A DNA stretch of 64,000 bases, from NCBI GenBank assembly GCA_052279835.1, contig CP181291.1, positions 2,880,001 to 2,944,000 of the forward strand. Reading direction: 5' to 3'. Under the pieces are notes generated by a model, which was not told the origin of the DNA, did not search any database, and saw nothing but the letters and a program-made list of their open reading frames with translations. The stretch's first letter is position 1. Every line of letters begins with the position of its first letter. Both the position numbers and the translations under genes were made by a program. This DNA is from Microcoleus sp. Lineage in GTDB: Bacteria; Cyanobacteriota; Cyanobacteriia; Cyanobacteriales; Microcoleaceae. Positions 10,877 to 20,640 of this stretch are shown piece after piece.

Positions 10877-11040
10877 TTATCTTGTTGTTTTTGTGGTCTG
10901 ACCAGCTAGTTTTAAAGGGCTTGGGAATCTATATCTACTTTCTATTCACCCTGTAAAAAGGGTGAAAAAAGAAAACGTATCCTCTGTTGAAAATTGTCTT
11001 GGAGGATAGAATGATCGTAGATATTTTTGTTTGAGGAAAC

Positions 11041-12387
11041 TCAAACTATTCCTAAGCTTGACATGGAGAGGTTTTTGGATTTTTCGCGTTCAGCAAGAGG
11101 CATAACAGGGATGGCACCAGTAGATACTATTCCCAGGGGTGCCTCACACAAATGTTTGTCGGCCACCAGCAAACGCTCAAATGTGGTGGCAGGTTCGGGA
11201 GGGCTGAACAGGTATCCCTGCATGATATCGCACTGGTGCTGTCTCAAAAAATTCAACTCTGCCTCCGTTTCTACCCCTTCGGCAATTACGGTCATGTTTA
11301 AACTGTGACCCAGTAAAATCACCGCAGTGGTGATGGCTGCATTTTGAGAATCGTCGTTAGCATTGCGGACAAAAATTCGATCGATCTTTAAACTGTCAAA
11401 AGCAAATTGTTTGAGATAACCTAAAGTAGCATAACCAGTACCGAAGTCGTCAACAGCAATCCGAATGCCTAGAGCTTTGAGTTCATTGAGAGTAGCACCT
11501 GCGACAGCAGCATTTTCTACCAAAGCGCTTTCTGTCATTTCTAGCTCTAAATTAGAGGGTTCCAAGCCCGTAGTTTCCAATATTTGGACAATTCGCGCCT
11601 TAAGTTGGGGGTCTGACAACTGTCGGGCTGACAAATTCACTGATACCCGGAACGGCGAAAATCCGGCTTCTAGCCAACTCGCGGCTTGAGCGCAAGCTGA
11701 AAGCAGTACCCACTCCCCAATGGGAATAATTAAGCCTGTCTCTTCTGCTAGGGGAATAAATTCGCCGGGAGAAATTATACCTCGATCGGGATTTTGCCAA
11801 CGTACCAATGCTTCTGCGCCGATAATTTGTCCGGTAGCAATATCCACCTGCGGCTGATAGTATACCTGAAACTCGCCCTGTGCCAAAGCGCGGCGCAGCA
11901 AAGCTTCCAAGGCCAACTTTTCAGGAGAGAGAGCCGAAATTATTGTCGAGTCATTAACTAAATCGGTGAGTCTGGCCTCTGCTTGTTGTAGTGCGACAGT
12001 CAGGGGGTGAGTAATAGTTTGTCGTTTGGAGACACGAGAGGAAATTGCTCCCAGCAATTCGGCCTTGGTAAACGGCTTTGTCAAATAATCGTCACCGCCC
12101 AAGTCCATCCCCCGGCGAAAATCCGCTTTAGCAGCTTGAGCTGTGAGAAAAATAAATGGAATTGTTGCAGCCAGGGAGTTTTGGCGCAGAGTCCGCAAAA
12201 CCTCATAACCGTCAAGTTCCGGCATCTGCACGTCACACAAAATTAAATCTGGAATCTCCGAGAGTGCCATCTGCACCCCTACTCGACCGTTTTGAGCCAC
12301 AATGACTCGATAGTTCTGAGATTCCAGGAGTTGCAGAAGAGTTTCCCGGATTAATTCGTCGTCCTCAATTACCAAAATTTTGAGCAT
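11041..12387 (-). CDS. Receiver-EAL c-di-GMP phosphodiesterase
   Basis: N-terminal receiver; AEALVRW, ELEMTE, DDFGTGY, KID, AEGVE and QGY all present. Confidence 0.93.
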   Translation of the reverse strand: MLKILVIEDDELIRETLLQLLESQNYRVIVAQNGRVGVQMALSEIPDLILCDVQMPELDGYEVLRTLRQNSLAATIPFIFLTAQAAKADFRRGMDLGGDDYLTKPFTKAELLGAISSRVSKRQTITHPLTVALQQAEARLTDLVNDSTIISALSPEKLALEALLRRALAQGEFQVYYQPQVDIATGQIIGAEALVRWQNPDRGIISPGEFIPLAEETGLIIPIGEWVLLSACAQAASWLEAGFSPFRVSVNLSARQLSDPQLKARIVQILETTGLEPSNLELEMTESALVENAAVAGATLNELKALGIRIAVDDFGTGYATLGYLKQFAFDSLKIDRIFVRNANDDSQNAAITTAVILLGHSLNMTVIAEGVETEAELNFLRQHQCDIMQGYLFSPPEPATTFERLLVADKHLCEAPLGIVSTGAIPVMPLAEREKSKNLSMSSLGIV

Positions 12388-12609
12388 AATACTTAGATAA
12401 CGGATGGCTGTATAGATACCGGAACCTGACTAACACTAGCATAGTAAAAATATCGACTTGCTGATTAGGCCAATCAGCCAATCTATAATTAGCCATTTGG
12501 CTAATCCTATTTCTTCTGCTTGCAAGCCACAATCAAAATACCCCGAAGGTAGTTATAAATATATCTCAAAACTAGGGAATTTTTGAGAGGGAGGAAATCA
12601 GATAACGGT

Positions 12610-13734
12610 TTAGCTGTAATGCTCTAGGATAAATCTGTCTCGTCCCTTGTCTTTAGCTTGGTAAAGACAACGGTCTGCTGCTGCAATCAAGTTTTCTTTG
12701 GAGGTTTCCATCTGAGGAAGGGTGCTGGCGACACCCAGGCTGAGGGTGACAAAAGAACTGACAGGGGATTGAGCGTGTTCAATTTTTAGTCCTTTGATCC
12801 CTAGTCTGATTTGTTCGGCAACGTAAGCAGCCGTGTCCGGTGCTGTGCGGGGAAGTATTACGGCAAATTCTTCGCCGCCGTAACGAGCCACTAGAGTTTC
12901 TCCGGGAACTTTACCAGCCAAGTCATTGATAGCTTCCACAATCCTTTGGGCTACCTGTTGCAAGCACAAGTCTCCAGCTTGGTGTCCGTAATTATCGTTG
13001 TATTTCTTAAAAAAGTCAATATCACACAAGATCAGAGATAATTCTGCTTCTTCTTGCTCTAATTTGTACCATTGTTGCTCTAAATATTCGTTAAAGCAGC
13101 GGCGGTTAGCTACTTGAGTTAAGCCGTCGGAGTTGGCGAGGCGATACAACTCGGAATTGGCTGTTTCTAATTTAGTGTTTGCCACTTCTAAATCGGACTT
13201 GGCAACTGCTAAATTGTAATAAAGTTCGCTAATGTACCAAGTAGCTTGTTGATGAATTTGGGACAGAGCTAATAGCACTTGATGTACGTCTAACAGTCGG
13301 TAAATTTTATCGTTTAACTGTACCACAATAGGCTCGTAAAGTAATTCTGGCGACCGCTGGACTGCTCGCTGAGCTGCCATCACAATTAATGTTACTCCGG
13401 GTAAAATTAAAATCTCAGTTCTAGCTATTTGATATAAAGCGAGAATGGGTCGATGAGCAAATATATCTATGCCATAAGGACGGCTCATATGTTCCATAAA
13501 TCGTCGGCGAGATATCATTCCCAAAAATTCGCCTTTTACAGTCAATACAACTCCGGGAAGTAGCGGTTGAGTTTGAAATAATCGAGCTACTTCTTTGCCT
13601 AAATAAGAAGATTCAACCTGAAAATTAAATACCGAAAGCTCGTTAAGAGTAGATTCTAAAGATAGAGTTTCGGGTAATTTTTCAGGCCAAATAGGTGGGG
13701 AGACAAATTTAGCAGACACAGCGTACACCCGCAT
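12610..13734 (-). CDS. Diguanylate cyclase with CBS-like N-terminus and coiled coil
   Basis: DGLTQVANRR, DIDFFKKYND, RYGGEEF. Confidence 0.92.
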   Translation of the reverse strand: MRVYAVSAKFVSPPIWPEKLPETLSLESTLNELSVFNFQVESSYLGKEVARLFQTQPLLPGVVLTVKGEFLGMISRRRFMEHMSRPYGIDIFAHRPILALYQIARTEILILPGVTLIVMAAQRAVQRSPELLYEPIVVQLNDKIYRLLDVHQVLLALSQIHQQATWYISELYYNLAVAKSDLEVANTKLETANSELYRLANSDGLTQVANRRCFNEYLEQQWYKLEQEEAELSLILCDIDFFKKYNDNYGHQAGDLCLQQVAQRIVEAINDLAGKVPGETLVARYGGEEFAVILPRTAPDTAAYVAEQIRLGIKGLKIEHAQSPVSSFVTLSLGVASTLPQMETSKENLIAAADRCLYQAKDKGRDRFILEHYS

Positions 13735-13940
13735 GAACGTTATAGTAGCAATTAAGCTAATGCCAGCTACAAACTAATGCTACCATTAATATATTAGCAT
13801 TAGTTGTGTTGTGGAATACATGAGTTTTTATAATCATAACTTCAGGATATATTTTTGTTTACAAAAAATGTTTTGCTGCGAGGGATTTACATGAATTTGC
13901 CCTAACAGACTTGCTAGGTATGCGGGCAATAAGTAATTAC

Positions 13941-14603
13941 TTAAACAGCAAATTGATGGGAAATAAGGGCGATCGCACCTACCATGATTTTGTGTTCCTG
14001 TACTTGAATGCGAGCGTGTAAAGTTTCTGCGGTATCTTCGGGAAATACGGGTACTGCTGCTTGCATTAAAATTGGACCGCTGTCAACTTCTAAATGGGCG
14101 ATATGCACTGTGCATCCAGTGATTTTTACCTTGGCTGCAAGTGCTTGTTCGACAGCGTTGATTCCTGGAAAACTTGGTAATAAACTGGGATGGATGTTAA
14201 TAACTTTTTCGGGAAAAGCATCGAGCAAAACTTTGGTGACAATTCGCATCCAGCCAGCCATGATAACCCATTGTACGTCATGTTTTTGGAAAATTTTAAC
14301 AATTTCGGTGTCTAAGTCAGCACGTTTTTTGTAGTCGCGATGATTGAGTAAAATTGAGGGAATGCCGTATTTTTCGGCTCTAACTGCTGCTTTGGCTCCA
14401 GGGTTATTGTAAATTAATACTTGGACTTGAGCGTTGAGTTGTTGGTTTTGGATTCCTTGGGCGATTACTTCAAAGTTGCTGCCGCTTCCTGATGCGAGAA
14501 TTCCTAGTTTTAATGGTTGAGTGCTGGCGGCGATGAAACTGGTGTTAATCTCAGGAGAAATTAAGCTAGCATGGGAATTAAGAGATATGGGATTACTTGT
14601 CAT
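13941..14603 (-). CDS. purN: Phosphoribosylglycinamide formyltransferase
   Basis: ASGSGSNF, INIHPSLLPSFPG, TGCTVH, DSGPI. Confidence 0.96.
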   Translation of the reverse strand: MTSNPISLNSHASLISPEINTSFIAASTQPLKLGILASGSGSNFEVIAQGIQNQQLNAQVQVLIYNNPGAKAAVRAEKYGIPSILLNHRDYKKRADLDTEIVKIFQKHDVQWVIMAGWMRIVTKVLLDAFPEKVINIHPSLLPSFPGINAVEQALAAKVKITGCTVHIAHLEVDSGPILMQAAVPVFPEDTAETLHARIQVQEHKIMVGAIALISHQFAV

Positions 14604-14927
14604 TGTTAGATGAGAATTAAATGGGTTGACAGATGGAAGATGAAAGATTTAAGATAGTCTTTAGACCCTTCGACTACGCTTGGGCGAAGCTGATATCTTA
14701 ACTGAAGATGGCAGACAGAATTGAGGAATTCAGAAACAATAGGACTGACATCTGGGTGTTCGGCAATCGGGTTTTTACAGCATAATATTGGGTTCAAATC
14801 CTTTATTTCAGTCACATACCTGGTTGCTAGAGTCCCGGTGGGTAATTCTTGAAATACTAAGGAATTAGTTGCGAGTGTGAGGGATTGCTTAGTTAGTCTA
14901 TTGGGTAGTGATTATTGCGGACATCTT

Positions 14928-15500
14928 CTACATAAGATTATCAAAAAAATCCTCCCGCAGAATGCCGTAAATTTTGAGGTTCCAATAGGTGTCCTTAGCA
15001 AATAGATGTTGTTTCAATATCCCTTCTAATTGCATTCCGACTTTTTCCATCACGCGGGCTGATGCAATATTTTCTTGTGCACAGCGAGCCTCTATTTTAT
15101 TCAGACTCATTTCCCGAAAACCGAAGTCTATAATTGCACTAACAGCCTCACTCATGTATCCTTGATTCCAGTATTTGCGAGAAAGAGCGTATCCAATTTG
15201 AGCGCGACTGTGGTTCATGCTCCATTCGACATATCCGCAAGTTCCGATTAATTTTTGTTCGGATTTGTGAACGATTCCCCAGTCAATCAGTTCTCGCTTT
15301 TTATACATTTTAGTGAGACTTCGGAGAAAACTTTTAGTGTCTTCGATGGAGGTATGAGTTGACCACATGGTATATTGAGATACTAGGGGGTCTGAGCCAT
15401 ACTCAAACATATCGTTGGCATCGTTTAAAGTAATTTTTCTGAGCAGGAGTCTCTCGGTTTCTATAGTGGGTAAATTGGATAATATATCTAAAGGCTGCAT
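14928..15500 (-). CDS. RimJ/RimL-type GNAT acetyltransferase
   Basis: ETERLLLR, YWNQGYMSEA, NIASARVMEKVG; ATG 15500 is a more likely start than 15560. Confidence 0.9.
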   Translation of the reverse strand: MQPLDILSNLPTIETERLLLRKITLNDANDMFEYGSDPLVSQYTMWSTHTSIEDTKSFLRSLTKMYKKRELIDWGIVHKSEQKLIGTCGYVEWSMNHSRAQIGYALSRKYWNQGYMSEAVSAIIDFGFREMSLNKIEARCAQENIASARVMEKVGMQLEGILKQHLFAKDTYWNLKIYGILREDFFDNLM

Positions 15501-15559
15501 TTTGAGATTCACCTGTATTGTGATACAGTTTAAAACTAAAAGATAATTTTTACAAGCCA

Positions 15560-16450
15560 ATGGTTTCGATTAAATCTGGGCGTTTTAACTGGTTGGACAA
15601 TGAGTCGATCGCAGCTTGGACTTTTTTAGCCCCAGCTTTGTTATTTTTGGGTACTTTTTTGATTTACCCGATCGCCTATTTATGCTACCTTAGCTTTACC
15701 ACTGGCAGTTTCACCCAATCAGGTATGCGTTTTATTGGGTTGAAAAATTATTGGAGTCTACTCACTAACCCAGATTTTTGGCAAGTTATCCAAAACACCA
15801 TCTATTTTACTACTGTTACAGTCATTCCCAGTTTAGTTATTCCCTTGGGTTTGGCAGTTTTGCTAAATCGCTCCTTTGCTTGGCGAGGCATACTCCGCAC
15901 AGCCTATTTTATTCCTTCGATTACCTCTTTAGTGGCTGTCGGCTTAGGTTGGCGGTGGCTGTTTCAAACTGAGGGGCCTGTGAATCACCTCTTAAGGGCG
16001 GTGGGTTTAAATCCGATACCTTGGCTTAGTAGCACGGTTTGGGCAATGCCGGTGCTGATTTTGCTCAGTATTTGGAAACAATTAGGCTTTAATATGGTAG
16101 TATTTTTGGCGGGTTTGCAGGCAATTCCGGTCAATCGTTACGAAGCTGCGGAATTGGATGGAGCTGATGCTTGGCAACAATTTTGGTACATTACTTTACC
16201 GGGGTTGCGCCCGACTTTGGTATTTGCGACTGTCACTACTGCTATTTTTACCCTGCGGAGTTTTGAGCCAGTTTATGTGATTACTGGTGGTGGTCCTTTG
16301 AATTCTACTAATCTGCTGGTTTATTATATTTACGATCAAGCTTTTGCACAATTTGATTTTGGCTACGCAGCGGCGGCGGCAACTTTGTTGATGGCTGTAG
16401 CTTTGGGATTGGTTTATTTGCAACTGAAGGTTTGGGGGGAGGATGCTTGA
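15560..16450 (+). CDS. Carbohydrate ABC transporter permease
   Basis: EAA loop YEAAELDGA; six TM segments; TGGGP motif. Confidence 0.93.
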   Translation: MVSIKSGRFNWLDNESIAAWTFLAPALLFLGTFLIYPIAYLCYLSFTTGSFTQSGMRFIGLKNYWSLLTNPDFWQVIQNTIYFTTVTVIPSLVIPLGLAVLLNRSFAWRGILRTAYFIPSITSLVAVGLGWRWLFQTEGPVNHLLRAVGLNPIPWLSSTVWAMPVLILLSIWKQLGFNMVVFLAGLQAIPVNRYEAAELDGADAWQQFWYITLPGLRPTLVFATVTTAIFTLRSFEPVYVITGGGPLNSTNLLVYYIYDQAFAQFDFGYAAAAATLLMAVALGLVYLQLKVWGEDA

Positions 16451-16474
16451 GTAGGCGCAAATAATTTTTACTAT

Positions 16475-17761
16475 TTGACATACTCCCCGGCCGTACCGTG
16501 GGATTCTTGACACTTCACGGAGATGTGCCACAAGTGGTCTTACCTTCTCTCTGTGTCCATTTAGAGTCGTGGCAATGCCCTATCCCGACTTTGTTTATAT
16601 TCTTCGCTGCATTCTCATCGCGATCGTGTTCGTTGCCGCAATTCAAGCATTGAACCGAGCGGATTTTTAAATCCAATTTTCCCCATCTAAAACCGCAATT
16701 TGAACAGATTTGACTTGTTGGTTCCCAGGGACTAATTACCCTAAACTCTCTGCCATACTTTTCAGACTTAGCTTCGCAGAAAGCCCTAAACTCGTACCAT
16801 CCCTGTTGGCTAATCGCCCTGGCAAGTTTCCGATTTTTGACCAGGCCCGACACATTCAAATCTTCCAAAATAATCGTTTGATTCTCACTAACAACTTTGG
16901 TCGATAGTTTGTGCAGAAAGTCTTTACGAGTATCCCCAATTTGATTGTACAGTTTCGCAATCTGAATGCGAGTTTTGTTGCGGCGCTTTGAGTCTTTGGG
17001 CTGCCTTGCCAACTTGCGTTGCAGTCTGCGAATTTTTCGGTCTAACTGTTTGTAGCTTGGACTTTTAGCTGCTCTTCCGTCGCTCATCACTGCAAAGGTT
17101 TTAATGCCCAGATCGATGCCGATGCTGTGGTTTTTAGCTTCGACAATATCGGAATTAATCTCTACAACAAAGCTCAGGAAATAACGGTGGGCGCAGTCTT
17201 TGATTGCTGTGACACAGCTAGGGTTTGATGGCAGTTGTCTCGACCAGATAGGACTAACATTTCCGATTTTTGCCAGATAGACGGACTCACCTTTGATAGA
17301 AAAACCCGATTTGACAAAAGTTGCAGATTGACTGTTAGTCTTTTTTTTGAACCTGGGTTGACCGACTTTTTTGCCTTTCCTTTTCCCTTTTAGAGAGTCA
17401 AAATAGTTTTTGTAAGCAACATCTAATTGTTTGAGGGATTGCTGTAATGGCACGGATGATACATCGTTTAACCAGGCTCTCTCTTCTATCTTTTTAGATA
17501 GAGTTAGAGATTTGGATAGAGTTTTGTAGCCTGGATATTTTCCTGACTTGCTTTGAGTTAAGGCATCATTCCAAACAACTCTCACGCAACCAAACAACTG
17601 CGCTAAACTTTGGCGTTGTTGAGTGGTAGGATAGAATCTGTATTGAAATCTTGCTTTCATTCTTTGTCCTTTGTTTTACTATTCCATTCTAACAGGCTCG
17701 GTAAAATCTACCAAAGAATTAAAGCCGTCCTTAAGGACGGGGTTTTCAACCCAATTTTTTG
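16475..17761 (-). mobile_element. IS200/IS605-family non-autonomous element (IS1341-like, tnpB only)
   Basis: Minus strand: TTTAT then left end CAAAAAATTGGG...CCGTCCTTAAGGACGG hairpin; right end GAATCCCCACGGTACGGCCGGGGAGTATGTCAA ending in TCAA at 16475; no tnpA. Confidence 0.88.
16515..17660 (-). CDS. tnpB: RNA-guided endonuclease TnpB
   Basis: YRFYPT...FGCVRVVWN; RuvC GIDLG / LEDL / DRDENAA intact; zinc finger CSNC...CLNC. Confidence 0.95.
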   Translation of the reverse strand: MKARFQYRFYPTTQQRQSLAQLFGCVRVVWNDALTQSKSGKYPGYKTLSKSLTLSKKIEERAWLNDVSSVPLQQSLKQLDVAYKNYFDSLKGKRKGKKVGQPRFKKKTNSQSATFVKSGFSIKGESVYLAKIGNVSPIWSRQLPSNPSCVTAIKDCAHRYFLSFVVEINSDIVEAKNHSIGIDLGIKTFAVMSDGRAAKSPSYKQLDRKIRRLQRKLARQPKDSKRRNKTRIQIAKLYNQIGDTRKDFLHKLSTKVVSENQTIILEDLNVSGLVKNRKLARAISQQGWYEFRAFCEAKSEKYGREFRVISPWEPTSQICSNCGFRWGKLDLKIRSVQCLNCGNEHDRDENAAKNINKVGIGHCHDSKWTQREGKTTCGTSP

Positions 17762-17878
17762 ATAAAGTTGAATGGCATCTTACCCGTTCAGAATGCAATT
17801 GCTGCTCTCTACCTGCCAAAAACATGGTTAAGTACAGGCGGAGAACAGCAGAGGGTCACTAAAATCCAGGTTGCAGAA

Positions 17879-18025
17879 CTATTCAATGATATGGAAATAA
17901 TAGGCTGCAACTAGAAAATTGATACCTAGTAGTACCAAAAACCAAGCCATACGAAAGGTGTAAGGTGGCTTGCCCGTTTTCATTACGGAGTCGGATTTTA
18001 GTTGATTCTTTGCTATCTCTGCCAT
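17879..18025 (-). CDS. psaX: Photosystem I subunit PsaX (48 aa); not in the ORF track
   Basis: Hand translation MAEIAKNQLKSDSVMKTGKPPYTFRMAWFLVLLGINFLVAAYYFHIIE*; KPPYTFR...NFLVAAYYFHIIE is characteristic; AGGA upstream. Confidence 0.95.
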   Translation of the reverse strand: MAEIAKNQLKSDSVMKTGKPPYTFRMAWFLVLLGINFLVAAYYFHIIE

Positions 18026-18369
18026 AGGTCAAAGTCCTAATTAATATGTGACTGTATTTACCACCAATAGCTTGTAAAAGTATAGTCATGGTGTCCATGA
18101 CTAAGGAGGCGTGAATCTCTCCCTTTTCTTTTTTACTTCGAGCGGATTGACCCGCCTGGGCTGAACTATGCAGCTCCCAATCCCATGGCACAAGGCATTT
18201 GGGATTGCTTGGGTCTTAATATCCTAAGACCCACTTATTGAAACAATCGCCGACAATTAGGTTCGGTGATGCTGGACACTTAATCAAAATCTGCTACCGA
18301 GGTAGTCTGAGATTTTTTTGTGTCTGTTTAGAGTCGTGGAAGTTTTTGATCCCGACTTTATAAAGTCTT

Positions 18370-18424
18370 ACAGTACCAGAGAGGGTTCACGTTTGTACCA
18401 TCCTCTAGAGTTACTTTTTGTAAC
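18370..18424 (-). promoter_or_regulatory. Putative psaX promoter with HLR1-like (RpaB) site
   Basis: Minus strand GTTACAAA-AA-GTAACTCT (18424-18407) and extended -10 TG-G-TACTGT (18378-18370). Confidence 0.5.
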
Positions 18425-18452
18425 TTTTAATCTATACCAATTGAGATTAATT

Positions 18453-19415
18453 TCAATCGTTTTCTCCGGCGTGGTAGGAACTGCGGACTAGAGGACCCGA
18501 TCGCACTTGTTGAAAACCCATCTCTGTGGCTATTTCCCCCAAACGGTCAAATTCAGCGGGGGTCCAGTATTTTTGGACAGGGAGGTGTTCTAGAGAGGGT
18601 CTCATGTATTGACCGAGGGTGAGTCGATCGCACTTGGCATCCCGCAAATCGGCCATGGCTGCTACTATTTCTGTTTCGGTTTCCCCGTGCCCCAACATCA
18701 AACCGGATTTGGTGGGAATGCTGGGGTCAAATGCTTTGACAATGCGCAGAACGTCGAGGGAGCGATCGTACTTGGCCCCCCTACGCACAGGCCCTTGTAA
18801 CCGCCTTACTGTCTCAATATTGTGGTTGTAACACGCTGGTTTAGCCTCTAAGACTGTCCTAATTCGCGATCGCTGCAATTCCTCTAGGGTTCTGTTTTCG
18901 GCTTCCGGGAGGGTGGGCGCGGTGGCACCACCCCAAAAATCCGGTGTTAGTACCTCAATTTGAGTTTGCGGGTTGAGCAGGCGGATGTGGGCCATTGTCA
19001 TCGCAAACCAACCAGCACCTCCATCGGGTAAATCATCCCTGGCTACCGAAGTGAGAACCGCATAGCGCAAACCCAGCAGATTGACTGCTGTGGCTACCTT
19101 TTGCGGTTCTTCGGGGTCTAGGGGCATGGGAGAATGACCTTTATCTACTTGACAAAATGCACAAGCACGGGTGCAAGTCGGGCCCATTAATAAAAAGGTT
19201 GCGGTTTTTTGGGCATAGCATTCTGCGCGGTTGGGACATCTGCCTTCCTCGCAAATCGTGTGAATTTGGCGCTGCTTAATAATTTTTTGCACTTCGGAGA
19301 GCTCGCTGGCTTTGCCAAGTGGGCGGCGCAACCACTCTGGCATCGCCTGAATTTCATCCCGCATTGGGGAGGCAATTGATTTGGCTGTGGGAGTTTGAGG
19401 GGTTTGGGATGGCAT
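18453..19415 (-). CDS. lipA: Lipoyl synthase
   Basis: [20 protein letters not shown] radical-SAM motif, RSSYHA. Confidence 0.96.
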   Translation of the reverse strand: MPSQTPQTPTAKSIASPMRDEIQAMPEWLRRPLGKASELSEVQKIIKQRQIHTICEEGRCPNRAECYAQKTATFLLMGPTCTRACAFCQVDKGHSPMPLDPEEPQKVATAVNLLGLRYAVLTSVARDDLPDGGAGWFAMTMAHIRLLNPQTQIEVLTPDFWGGATAPTLPEAENRTLEELQRSRIRTVLEAKPACYNHNIETVRRLQGPVRRGAKYDRSLDVLRIVKAFDPSIPTKSGLMLGHGETETEIVAAMADLRDAKCDRLTLGQYMRPSLEHLPVQKYWTPAEFDRLGEIATEMGFQQVRSGPLVRSSYHAGEND

Positions 19416-19821
19416 GAAATTAAGTGCGATCTGGTTAATGCTTTTCGATCGTATCTGAAATCCAAGTCTCTGAACTTGCAGGAATCGTGTCCCCCATCAC
19501 CATTGACGTCTGTGGTGACAAAAATTCAAGTTAGAAAGGATTTAGGAGAGAATTCTGTTAGAGATATACTGAAGGTTGCGAATCAACACTTACATACGGT
19601 GGGGCACACCGAAATTAACGCTTGGGGACAGAACTACCTCTATTCGTTGGTGGTGACATCAACGGGCAAGTTGACTGGTGGAACCAAGAATCAAGAGTGC
19701 GTTCACGCGCCCGGAGTGTCAACTATCTGGAAAGCTTAGGGCTTACCAGATTATGCTATACACAGTAGATCGAAGGTTAATCCTAGATTTACCGGGTTAA
19801 ATGTATCTGAAGGAGTCAGTC

Positions 19822-20373
19822 GTGGCTGGTCAAAAAATCTTAGTCATCGATGACAGTAAAGTCATCCGCGTCCGAGTCCGAGAAATGTTACCCCAAGGTA
19901 ACTTTGAAGTTCTAGAAGCCAAAGACGGAGAAGAGGGACTAAAGCTGATCCGTCAAGCCCGTCCCAATCTAATTATGTTAGATTTCCTGCTTCCCAAAGT
20001 CAGCGGTTGGGAAGTGTATCAAAAAGTTCAAGCCCATCCCGAACTTTCCAAGATCCCCTTGGTGATCATGTCGGGCCGGGAAGAAGAGGTGATGGAGAAA
20101 ATTCCTAAACCTTTTGAGAAGCATTTTTTTGCATTTATCGCCAAACCCTTTGAGAAGAAGCAACTCACTGAGGCGATTAAATCAGCGATGGTATTGGCTA
20201 AAAAGAAACCAGTACCAGAAGCCGCCGCCACCGCTGCTGCACCTACCTCTGGATCGGGCACCGCCGAACTTCAGGCGATGACTGAGAAAATGGCAAAAAT
20301 GCAGGCTGAAATTGACGCACTCAAGAAACAAATGACTCAGGTGATTACGATCATCAAGCAGAAGTTGAAGTAA
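19822..20373 (+). CDS. Response regulator (receiver plus C-terminal coiled coil)
   Basis: VIDDS, MLDFLLP, KPF; GTG start after AAGGAG. Confidence 0.9.
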   Translation: MAGQKILVIDDSKVIRVRVREMLPQGNFEVLEAKDGEEGLKLIRQARPNLIMLDFLLPKVSGWEVYQKVQAHPELSKIPLVIMSGREEEVMEKIPKPFEKHFFAFIAKPFEKKQLTEAIKSAMVLAKKKPVPEAAATAAAPTSGSGTAELQAMTEKMAKMQAEIDALKKQMTQVITIIKQKLK

Positions 20374-20640
20374 CGCTGCCTTCGGAAGGTTGCAGACAAC
20401 TTTCACACCTTGAAGGTTGCTCTGATTTCTAAAGGTGTTTCCTTCGATCCGCAATCTTGTGGTAAGTGGTTGAAGCGATCGCGATCGCTCTGCAATAGGT
20501 TTTCACCCTGGTGAGAACATGAATTAAAAGTTAAAAATCCACCTCGGTAGGCAAATATTATTAGTCTTTAGGGGCTGGTTTTTATTTGCCACTTGTCCCA
20601 CACCCAATTGTCAATTCCTCAGTCTCATTTTTTATTGTTC

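Noticed and set aside
12441..12451. 11-nt match (ATAGTAAAAAT) to the predicted TnpB guide upstream of the EAL gene
   Set aside because: Preceded by CTAGC, not TTTAT; short AT-rich match plausible by chance; this TnpB has an intact RuvC, so a repressor role is unsupported
17940..17975. GAAA-loop stem as a c-di-GMP riboswitch
   Set aside because: Lies inside the psaX coding region and lacks the conserved riboswitch core
17883..18191. 102-aa minus-strand ORF in the track
   Set aside because: Out-of-frame shadow of psaX
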